This document shows positions 18,609 through 26,566 of a stretch of DNA of 64,000 bases, one piece after another. The position numbers and the translations under genes were made by a program. The DNA comes from Tagaea sp. (lineage in GTDB: Bacteria; Pseudomonadota; Alphaproteobacteria; CACIAM-22H2). The stretch spans positions 1,568,001 to 1,632,000 of the forward strand of contig CBDIIB010000005.1 in assembly GCA_965279525.1 (NCBI GenBank), given 5' to 3'. Under the pieces are notes generated by a model. The model was not told the DNA's origin, did no database searches, and worked only from the letters and a program-made list of their open reading frames with translations. The first letter of the stretch is position 1. Each line of letters starts with the position of its first letter.

Positions 18609-19151
18609 ATGCAGGGACTTGCGTATCGATCGTCGATCCTTGTTGCGGCGGGCCTGTGGTGCGGCGCACTGGCGGGCTGCCAGGCCGTCGACACGCCGAT
18701 TCCGGTAACCGGTTCCGCGAAGGATCTCCCGCCGCTCGTCTACGGGCGCGAGATCGACATCGAAATCGAAGCGGTGAAGGAATGGCAGAGCGCCGGCGTC
18801 GCGGTCGAGGCCGGCGATGCGTACAGGCTCGTCGCGTCCGGACAGTGGTCGGTCGGCGCGTTCTGCGGCCTCAGTGACGCCGACGGCAACGGCGTGTCGC
18901 CGCTGTGCGAGGCCGACATGCTGGGCATCGGCGCGCGCGGGTCGTCGCTGATCGGACGCATCGGCCGCACTGGCAGGCCCTTTCCGGTGGGCAGCAACCG
19001 CATCCTGAAACCCGCCGAAGCGGGCGAACTGTTCCTGCGCTCGTACGACTGGCTGCCGGCGGACAACACCGGTTCGATGCGCGTCCGCATCCGGCACGAC
19101 GACGCGGCGGTCGGGCAGGGCCCCGCTCCGTCGCATCGCGATCCGATCTGA
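18609..19151 (+). CDS. Lipoprotein with PA-IL/LecA-like beta-sandwich (putative lectin) domain, ending in HRDPI
   Basis: Lipobox LAGC; WQSAGVAVEAG...ASGQW...LIGRIG...PF.VG...GELFL...DNTGSMRV pattern. Confidence 0.72.
   Translation: MQGLAYRSSILVAAGLWCGALAGCQAVDTPIPVTGSAKDLPPLVYGREIDIEIEAVKEWQSAGVAVEAGDAYRLVASGQWSVGAFCGLSDADGNGVSPLCEADMLGIGARGSSLIGRIGRTGRPFPVGSNRILKPAEAGELFLRSYDWLPADNTGSMRVRIRHDDAAVGQGPAPSHRDPI
19128..19149 (-). repeat. Right copy of the 22-bp imperfect inverted repeat (partner 16705-16726)
   Basis: CCGTCGCATCGCGATCCGATCT, encoding PSHRDPI before the stop codon. Confidence 0.8.
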
Positions 19152-19159
19152 CGGCGCCG

Positions 19160-19822
19160 ATGCGGCACTCTCACCCCTTGCGCGCGTGGCTGCTGGCAGC
19201 AGTACTCGCGGCCTCGTTCGCCGGGCCGGCTGCGACGCAGACGGCCGACCTCCAGCGCGCGTGGGAGGCGCTGCAGCGCGGCGACGTCGACGGCGCACTG
19301 CGGCTGCTCGGTGCAGCGGTTTCCACCGGCGGGCTTGGCGTGAGCGACGTCGGTGCGGCCTACAACATGCGCGGGCTTGCCCATATGAAGCGCGAGGATT
19401 TCGCCAGCGCCGAGGCCGACTTCAGCGTCGCGTCGACGCTGATCCCGGATTTCGCCGCCGCAGTGACGAACCGTGGTCTCGCACGCGCCAAGCTCGAGAA
19501 CTACGACGCCGCGATCACGGACTTCTCGCGCGCGCTGGAACTCGCCCCCGGCGAACCCGAGGTCCTGTTCATGCGCGGCAACGCCAGGTTCGACGGCGGC
19601 GATCCGGCCGGCGCGGCCGCCGACTATGCGCTGGCGATCGGCCGCGCGCCCGGCCACTGGATGGCGTTGATGAATCGCTGCGACGCGCTGGGCCGGCTTG
19701 GCCGCCTGGACGAGGCGCGGGCCGACTGCGAGCGTGCGCGGCCGCTCGCACCCGACAAGGCGGCCGTCGAGCGCATCGTCCAGTCACTCGGTGCGCCCTG
19801 CGACTGCGTGCGTGCGCCGTGA
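19160..19822 (+). CDS. Exported tetratricopeptide repeat protein
   Basis: Signal peptide, four TPRs (AYNMRGLA, AVTNRGLA, VLFMRGNA, ALMNRCDA). Confidence 0.88.
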   Translation: MRHSHPLRAWLLAAVLAASFAGPAATQTADLQRAWEALQRGDVDGALRLLGAAVSTGGLGVSDVGAAYNMRGLAHMKREDFASAEADFSVASTLIPDFAAAVTNRGLARAKLENYDAAITDFSRALELAPGEPEVLFMRGNARFDGGDPAGAAADYALAIGRAPGHWMALMNRCDALGRLGRLDEARADCERARPLAPDKAAVERIVQSLGAPCDCVRAP

Positions 19823-21294
19823 TGCGACGGCACCTCCTCGCGGCGGCGACGTTCGCCGTCCTCGCGGCAGCGCTTCCGGCGCGCGATGCCGCGGCGATCT
19901 GCGGCCGCAAGAGCTGCGTCGTCGGCAGCATGCCGTCGGGCGGCGGGGGCGGCGGCTACGGCGGCGGATACGACCCGTTCGCCGGCATGGGCGGCATGGT
20001 CGACATGATGTTCGGTGTCATGGGGGCCATCGAGGCGCAGCAGCAGCAGATGGCGCGGCAGAACGCCCTCGACCTCAACAATCGCGGCATCGCGCTCTAC
20101 CGCAACGGCGATCTCGTCGCGGCCGTCGCGGCTTTCCAGCAGTCGCTGCGGCTCAACCCGGGCGATCCCAACGTGCGCGGCAATCTCGAGGCCGCGGAAC
20201 GCGAGCTAGCCGAACTGCGCACGCGCGAATCCGCGCGCCAGCAGGCCGAGCGCGCCGCCCAGCAAAAGCGCATCGCCGGCCTGATCGACGGCATCGCGCG
20301 CGGACTCGATGCGGCGGCCGGCGCGCCAGCATCAGCTGCGGCGGACATCGACTTCATGGCGCCGGCCGGGACCAGCTTCTTCGGTACCGGCGGCGGCCCA
20401 GGTGGGCCCGCGCGGCCGGCCGCACCGCCGGTTCCCGCCGGGCGGCCGGCGGCGGGCAACGCGCCAGCCTACTCGGCGCCGGCACCGCAAGCGGCGGCGG
20501 AACCGCCGCTTGATTTCGTCGGCACGAAGGAACCGCTGTTCGACAAGGGCGGACAGGCATCGGTGCCCGTCGATGCGCGCGGCATTGCTGCGACCCCGCG
20601 CCCGCCGGTTTCCGCACCGACTGCCCCCAGGCTCGATTTCGCCGGTGCTGCCGAGGTCGCGCGCCCACCGATGCCGGCGACGCCCGATCCGATCGAGTAC
20701 CGCAGCACCGGCTTTCGTGCGTGGGCAGTCCGCAACCTCGCCGGTCCACTTATGGTCGGCGAGGTCGAGCGCGCGCAGGCAAACCAGACGATCCCGACGC
20801 TCAAGGCGCCGCCACGCGAAGGTCTGCCGCCGCCGCAGATGCGGCCCAAACCGCCGATGGCGGCCGCCGAAGGCCTTTCCGCGTTCGAGCAGCGCGCCCG
20901 CGAACTGGCGAACCTGGCGTTCGAGCGGATCGGTGCGGGCGACACGGATTCCGCCGCGCGGTTCCTCGAGACCGCCGACACGCTGGCGAAGTCCGATCAG
21001 CGATTCGGCCGGGCACTCGATTTTGCGAAGAATGCGCCACGGGCACCCGCGGACCCGCCTCCCGGCCGGGAAAGCCTCCTCCAGAATCTCGCGGTCCCGG
21101 GCGACGAACAGGAATCGGCGCGATCAGCCTTTGCCGGCTACCGGTATCTCAATGATGGCGACTATATGAACGCGGCCATCGAGTTCCATTCGGCGCGGCG
21201 CCAGCATGCCGCCGTCGATGGCCCGCACTTCCGGGAACTTTCGCATCGCGAGTCGCAGGCCCGGCTCGGCGCGATCCTGTCCGGCCAGCACTAG
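19822..21294 (+). CDS. Exported TPR protein with Gly/Met-rich and Pro/Ala-rich low-complexity regions
   Basis: Signal peptide MRRHLLAAATFAVL...AAA; TPR LNNRGIALYRNGDLVAAVAAFQQSLRLNP; TGATG coupling with upstream gene. Confidence 0.78.
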   Translation: MRRHLLAAATFAVLAAALPARDAAAICGRKSCVVGSMPSGGGGGGYGGGYDPFAGMGGMVDMMFGVMGAIEAQQQQMARQNALDLNNRGIALYRNGDLVAAVAAFQQSLRLNPGDPNVRGNLEAAERELAELRTRESARQQAERAAQQKRIAGLIDGIARGLDAAAGAPASAAADIDFMAPAGTSFFGTGGGPGGPARPAAPPVPAGRPAAGNAPAYSAPAPQAAAEPPLDFVGTKEPLFDKGGQASVPVDARGIAATPRPPVSAPTAPRLDFAGAAEVARPPMPATPDPIEYRSTGFRAWAVRNLAGPLMVGEVERAQANQTIPTLKAPPREGLPPPQMRPKPPMAAAEGLSAFEQRARELANLAFERIGAGDTDSAARFLETADTLAKSDQRFGRALDFAKNAPRAPADPPPGRESLLQNLAVPGDEQESARSAFAGYRYLNDGDYMNAAIEFHSARRQHAAVDGPHFRELSHRESQARLGAILSGQH

Positions 21295-21338
21295 ACTTCC
21301 GCCGGCCCGCAAGCGGCATACCTCGTATACGGGAAGTC

Positions 21339-22145
21339 CTAGCGCGCGCCGGCTGCGTGGCCGATGGCGAAGTCGTTGCGTCCCGTGCGGTCCTGACCCG
21401 CCACCAGCCACAGCGGCCGTGTCGAGAAATCGACCGTGTAGCCGCTGCCGGCACCCGGCTTCATCAACGTGCGGTCGAACAGCGACGTGGCGGGCATGTA
21501 GCGGATCGCGACGCCCGCGCGCCGCCGGGGCGAACGGTTCGGGTTCGAGCCGTGGATCAGGTAGACGTCGTGCATCGACATCTGGCCCGGATCGAGCTCG
21601 ATGTCGGCGGCCGCATCTTCGTCGAACGAGCCGGGGACGGCGCGCTGGTTGAGCACGAGGTCGGTGCGGTCCTCGCGCATGTGGTCGAGAAGTTCGCGCG
21701 CACGGTGGGAGCCTGGAATGACGCGCAGGCAGCCGTTGGAAACCTTCGACTCGTCCAGGGCGACCCACACCGTGCATGTCGCGAGCGGGCGGATCGGCCA
21801 ATAGTGCCCGTCCTGGTGCCACGGCACTTCCATGCCGTCGCCGCCCGGCTTGCAGAATATCTGGCAGCCCCAGAGGATCACGTCGGGGCCGATCAGCTGC
21901 GCCACGGCCGCCACGATCGCCGGATCGCGCGCGAGATCGAGGAAGTCGGAACTGCCGCGCACGCCTTCGGCGTTCCTGCCCTCGATATGGACGCTGACCA
22001 GGCGCTCGGGCCGGATGCCCGGGTTTTCGGCGATCAGCCGGTCGAGCGTGGCGCGCAGCCTGGCGATGCGTTCCTCGGGAACCCGCAGACCCGGAACGAC
22101 ATAACCGTCGTCGCGGAAGCGGACGATCTCCGGGCCGGAGAGCAT
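21339..22145 (-). CDS. Phytanoyl-CoA dioxygenase (PhyH) family Fe/2OG dioxygenase
   Basis: FRDDGYVV, WHQDGHYW, WVALD, NGCLRVIPGSH, HGS.PN. Confidence 0.9.
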   Translation of the reverse strand: MLSGPEIVRFRDDGYVVPGLRVPEERIARLRATLDRLIAENPGIRPERLVSVHIEGRNAEGVRGSSDFLDLARDPAIVAAVAQLIGPDVILWGCQIFCKPGGDGMEVPWHQDGHYWPIRPLATCTVWVALDESKVSNGCLRVIPGSHRARELLDHMREDRTDLVLNQRAVPGSFDEDAAADIELDPGQMSMHDVYLIHGSNPNRSPRRRAGVAIRYMPATSLFDRTLMKPGAGSGYTVDFSTRPLWLVAGQDRTGRNDFAIGHAAGAR

Positions 22146-22987
22146 CACGTCTTGACCGAGCCCGAGGTGAGGTCGGCGGCCATGTAACGCTTGAACGTGT
22201 AGTAGATCGCCGCCGGGGGAAGCGCATAGATGACGCCCGTCGTCATCAGGAGTTCCCACGGCGAATCGTCGGCCGACAGGAACGCGCCCAGCGCCACCGC
22301 CAGCGTCGTGTCGACATCGCGCGACAGCAGCAGGAACGCGTAGAGATATTCGTTCCACGCCAGCAGCAGCGCATAGGTGCCGACGGCCACGATCGACGGC
22401 GTCATCAGCGGCACAAAGATGTGGCGGAAGAGCTGGAGGGCCGTCGCCCCGTCGATGATCGCCGCCTCGTCGAGTTCGAGAGGCAGCTTGTCGGCGGCCT
22501 GCTTCAGGACCCAGATCGCGTAGGGGGTCGCGACCGTCACCATGGCGAGGATCAGCGCCCACTGGCTGTTGAGCAGGCCGTAGGTGCCCATCGCCTTGTA
22601 CATCGGCAGCGCCAGGAACGCCGCCGGCACGAAGTAGGTCAGCAAGGCGAGATTCATGATGACCCGGCCACCGCGCACGCGCAGCCGACTGATCGCGAAT
22701 GCCGCCGACGTCGCAATCACCAGCGTGATGATGCCGACAGCCACGGCGATCAGCACCGAATTCCACATCTGGTGCCAGAAATTGATCAGGTAGTGGTGCT
22801 TCTGTTCGAAGACGATCTGGAAATTGCGCAAGGTCGGCTCGTCGGGCCAAAGCTTGCCCTTGAAGCCGGCTTCCTTGGGCGAAATCGCGAACAGGAACAT
22901 GTGGTAGAGCGGGATAAGCGTCCACAGCAGCACCGGAATGCCGACCAGCAGCAGGCGTGCCTCGTCCATGTGCTTGCGCATCGACAT
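22145..22987 (-). CDS. Carbohydrate ABC transporter permease (MalG-like)
   Basis: EAA loop LDEAAIIDGA, AWNEYL; hydrophobic. Confidence 0.9.
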   Translation of the reverse strand: MSMRKHMDEARLLLVGIPVLLWTLIPLYHMFLFAISPKEAGFKGKLWPDEPTLRNFQIVFEQKHHYLINFWHQMWNSVLIAVAVGIITLVIATSAAFAISRLRVRGGRVIMNLALLTYFVPAAFLALPMYKAMGTYGLLNSQWALILAMVTVATPYAIWVLKQAADKLPLELDEAAIIDGATALQLFRHIFVPLMTPSIVAVGTYALLLAWNEYLYAFLLLSRDVDTTLAVALGAFLSADDSPWELLMTTGVIYALPPAAIYYTFKRYMAADLTSGSVKT

Positions 22988-22989
22988 CC

Positions 22990-23865
22990 CTACCTCGACA
23001 GCCGGCGCATCATGAACACCATCAGCGGCATCATCAGCGGCAGGGCCACGATGATCGACGCCATCGCGAGATCGACCCGGTCGAGGCGGATATAGCGGAT
23101 GCCGAGCGTGGCGAGCACGTGCGTAAGGTCGGCGGGCCCGCCGCCGGTCAGCAGGTAGACGCTGTTGAAATCGCCGAGCGTGAAGAACATCGAGAGGATC
23201 GTGCAGGTGAGATAGAGCTGGCGCATCGAGGGCCAGGTGATGTGCAAGAACTTCTGGATGCCGGTGGCGCCGTCGATCGCGGCGGCCTCGTACATCTCCT
23301 TCGAGATGGCGAGCCTTCCTGCGAGCAGGATCAGCGTCCAGAACGGCAGCGACTTCCAGATATGCACCATGATCGACAGCGAAAGGCCCAGCGTGGGGTC
23401 GTTGAGCCAGTTCGGGCCGTCGAGGAATGTCAGGTTGTAGATGATCTGGTTGATCACGCCCCACTCGGGATTGAGCATGAAGCGGAACGACAGGATCGTC
23501 GGGATCGAGGGCACGGCCCAGGGCAGGATGAACAGCAGGCCGATCGCGCGGATCCACCAGCGCGGCAGCGCGAAGAAGCCGGAAAGCAGCAGCGCTATCG
23601 CCATCTTCAGGTTGATGCCGACGAGCAGGAAAATGACCGTGTTGTAGACCGCACCGATGAAGATCGGATCTTCGAACAGCTCGATATAGCTCTGCACGTG
23701 GTGGCCGAGCCAGAATCCGTACCCGACCGGATAGACGACGAAGACCGCGAAAACCAGCACATAGGGCGCCACGAGGACGAGCCCCCAGGCCTGCCACGAA
23801 GCCATCCGGCTCGCGGCGGCGGCTGCGACGGGAATCGCACCGGCGTCTGCGGTTGTCGCGGACAT
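22990..23865 (-). CDS. Carbohydrate ABC transporter permease (MalF-like)
   Basis: [15 protein letters not shown]. Confidence 0.9.
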   Translation of the reverse strand: MSATTADAGAIPVAAAAASRMASWQAWGLVLVAPYVLVFAVFVVYPVGYGFWLGHHVQSYIELFEDPIFIGAVYNTVIFLLVGINLKMAIALLLSGFFALPRWWIRAIGLLFILPWAVPSIPTILSFRFMLNPEWGVINQIIYNLTFLDGPNWLNDPTLGLSLSIMVHIWKSLPFWTLILLAGRLAISKEMYEAAAIDGATGIQKFLHITWPSMRQLYLTCTILSMFFTLGDFNSVYLLTGGGPADLTHVLATLGIRYIRLDRVDLAMASIIVALPLMMPLMVFMMRRLSR

Positions 23866-23895
23866 TGCGCGGAGATTCGGGCGGAGCGGGAGCCA

Positions 23896-23927
23896 GCCGG
23901 CTGCGGGGAGCGATCCCCGCGGCCGGC
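23896..23927. other. Intergenic GC-rich hairpin after the SBP gene (mRNA stabiliser/attenuator)
   Basis: GCCGGCTGCGGGGA-GCGA-TCCCCGCGGCCGGC. Confidence 0.6.
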
Positions 23928-23938
23928 CGGCCCGCCGT

Positions 23939-25309
23939 TCAGCCGGCGACCTGCTTGATGCGCGCGATCATCTCGTCGATCGCGCGTTCCGGCGTGATCT
24001 TCTCGTTGACCACGCGGTTGGCGGCCTTCGCCCAGACGTTTTCGTTGTTGAGGATCGTGAACTTCCAGTTCTTGGTGAACTCGAAGGGCACGGTGCCGTT
24101 GAAGAACTGGCTCTGCACCGCCTGGCGATGGCGGTCGGCCTTCCAGAACGTGCTCTGCTGCGCGTTCTTGGTGACCGGGAACCAGCGGCCGAGCGAACCT
24201 TCGACGTACGGCGTCAGGTTCTCTTCCTGCAGCAGGAACGCGACGAACTCCTTGGCGCGGTTCTTGTTGCGCGCTTCGGAGAACACGACGCCCGTCTTCA
24301 CGGCGGCGCGGTAGACCATCGGCTTGCCGTCCGGACGGTTCGGGAAGCCGGCGGTCGCGATGCGCTCGTCGTAGTTCTTCTTCGCCTCGGCCCGCTGGTC
24401 GGCCGTGAGCGTCGAGTTGTTGGCGTCGTCGAGCCACTTGGCGGCGATCGAGATCGTCGCGTTGTGGGTCATGACGGTCGTCTTGTTGTGGAAGGCGACG
24501 TTGTTGTCGGGATCCTTCCAGCTGGTCGAGGACGGCGGCGTGCAGCCCTTCGTGTACGGCTCGGTATAGTCCTTGAGCGCGCTGACCAGGCCCGCCTTGA
24601 CGGCCGGCTGGTCGACGAGGAGCTTTCCGTCGTCGTCGACGAGCTTGACGCCGTAGGCGTCCATGAACGTCAGGAACGAGTAGTAGGAGTCGGACGAATC
24701 GACGCCGAGCGGCTGGCCCATGGCGAAACCGCGCGTGCCCGAGGCGCGGCGGAAGCCCGGCTGCACCTTGTCGCACCAGAAGGCCCAGTAGCCCTTCCAG
24801 TCCTTCGGGATGTCGCTTTCCTTGAAGCCGGCCTGGTTGAGCAGGTCGATCCAGTACTGGATGTGCATCGTCTGCTGCTTGAGCGGGAAGGCGTAGTAGG
24901 CGCGCTTCTTGGCGACGTCGTTCCACAGGTTCGTGGTCTCGACGGTGTTCGGCGCGAAGGTCGGCAGCATCGGCTGGATGACGCTCGAGATGTCCTCGAG
25001 GCGGCCTTCGAAGGCCCACTTGGCCGTGACCTGGAAATCGTAGACGTCGGCATAGGCGACGTCCGGCACGGTCTTGGAGTCGAGTGCGGCGACCGTCTTC
25101 GGGATCATGTCCTGGATCGCGTACTGCGACAGCTCGACCTTGACGCCGGTCTTCGCCTCGAACTTCTTGATCGCCTCGAACAGGGCGTCGTCTTCGGCCT
25201 TGTAGAAACCCTTCACCCACCACACTTCGAGCTTTTCCTGCGCCTGGGCGGGAACGCCCATGGCCAGGAATCCTGCGAGTGCTGCAAAAGCGACAATGCG
25301 CTTCATCAC
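23939..25309 (-). CDS. ABC transporter substrate-binding protein (CUT1 family)
   Basis: Signal peptide AQA-Q, WWVKGFY, strongly biased codon usage; RBS GGAGG. Confidence 0.9.
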   Translation of the reverse strand: MMKRIVAFAALAGFLAMGVPAQAQEKLEVWWVKGFYKAEDDALFEAIKKFEAKTGVKVELSQYAIQDMIPKTVAALDSKTVPDVAYADVYDFQVTAKWAFEGRLEDISSVIQPMLPTFAPNTVETTNLWNDVAKKRAYYAFPLKQQTMHIQYWIDLLNQAGFKESDIPKDWKGYWAFWCDKVQPGFRRASGTRGFAMGQPLGVDSSDSYYSFLTFMDAYGVKLVDDDGKLLVDQPAVKAGLVSALKDYTEPYTKGCTPPSSTSWKDPDNNVAFHNKTTVMTHNATISIAAKWLDDANNSTLTADQRAEAKKNYDERIATAGFPNRPDGKPMVYRAAVKTGVVFSEARNKNRAKEFVAFLLQEENLTPYVEGSLGRWFPVTKNAQQSTFWKADRHRQAVQSQFFNGTVPFEFTKNWKFTILNNENVWAKAANRVVNEKITPERAIDEMIARIKQVAG

Positions 25310-25540
25310 GTTATCCTCCCCTTTTCATGCGCGGCCCGCCGTTCGATCCGGCGAGTTTTCCGGCCGCGCCGCGGGGTTATAGCCTGCAAACTTTCGGGTG
25401 TCGACCGTCACAAGCCCGGCGAACGCCATGAACTTCCGATTGAGAAGGGCGCGCGATTTCCACGTAAACCGCAGGCATTGCCGGCCCGGAGTCGACGGAT
25501 GCCCAATCCGTTGGCATGATGCCGGGCAACGGAGCGGGAC

Positions 25541-26545
25541 ATGGCATTTTCGGAACTGCGCAACGAGTACGAAACGCCGATGGTGGTGGCCAGTGCGGTC
25601 TACCGCAACGGCACGCGCGTGCGCGACATCCCGCTCGAGGATGTCGGACCGGCGGCGCTGACCGAGGGTGAGTTCGTCTGGATCGGCCTGCACGAGCCGT
25701 CGATGGAGATCCTCGCGCACGTCCAGGGCCGTTTCGGCCTGCATCCGCTGGCGGTCGAGGACGCCAACCGCTCGCACCAGCGCCCGAAGATCGACCTCTA
25801 CGGCGAGGCGCTCTTCATGGTCCTGCGCACCGCCCAGGTAAAGGATGCCTGCATCGTCTTCGGCGAGACGCACGTCTTTGCCGGCCGCGGCTATGTCATC
25901 GCGGTACGCCACGGCCCTTCGGCGTCGTACGGCGAGGTGCGCGCGCGCTGCGAGCGCGAGGCGGCGATGTTCGCGCGCGGGGCCGGCTACGTGATCTACG
26001 CGATCATGGATTTCGTCGCCGACAACTTCTTCCCGGTCATCGACACGATCGCCGACGAAGTCGCCGAAATCGAGAGCCACATCATCGCGAAGAGCTTTAC
26101 ATCCGAGGAGGTCAACCGGCTCTACCAGCTGCGCCGCGAGCTGCTCGGATTCCGCCGCTCGGTGTCGCCGATGCTCGAGGTCTGCGCGCGGCTCGAACGG
26201 TACAACCTGCCGATCATCGACGCCGAGATGCGGCCCTATTACCACGACGTCTACGACCACGTGCAGCAGGTGAACGAGTCGATCGACAACCTGCGCGAAT
26301 CGCTCGCGTCGGCCTTCGACGCCGCGATGATGCTTGCCTCCGCAAGCCAGAACGAAGTGACCAAGAAGCTGGCGGCATGGGCCGCCATCCTGGCCGTACC
26401 CACCGCGATCGCCGGCATCTACGGCATGAATTTCGAGAACATGCCGGAGCTGAAGGCCGAGTTCGGCTACTACATCGTCGTCGGCGCGATCGTGTGCATC
26501 TGCGCCTATCTCTATCACCGGTTCAAGAAAGCCGACTGGCTGTGA
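25541..26545 (+). CDS. corA: Magnesium/cobalt transporter CorA
   Basis: FGLHPLAVED, QRPKID, GIYGMNF, MPEL. Confidence 0.93.
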   Translation: MAFSELRNEYETPMVVASAVYRNGTRVRDIPLEDVGPAALTEGEFVWIGLHEPSMEILAHVQGRFGLHPLAVEDANRSHQRPKIDLYGEALFMVLRTAQVKDACIVFGETHVFAGRGYVIAVRHGPSASYGEVRARCEREAAMFARGAGYVIYAIMDFVADNFFPVIDTIADEVAEIESHIIAKSFTSEEVNRLYQLRRELLGFRRSVSPMLEVCARLERYNLPIIDAEMRPYYHDVYDHVQQVNESIDNLRESLASAFDAAMMLASASQNEVTKKLAAWAAILAVPTAIAGIYGMNFENMPELKAEFGYYIVVGAIVCICAYLYHRFKKADWL

Positions 26546-26566
26546 GCGTGCGGGCCCGCGCAAGCG

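Noticed and set aside
19940-19970. GGC-rich tandem run as a repeat element or contingency locus
   Set aside because: It encodes an imperfect in-frame Gly-rich linker
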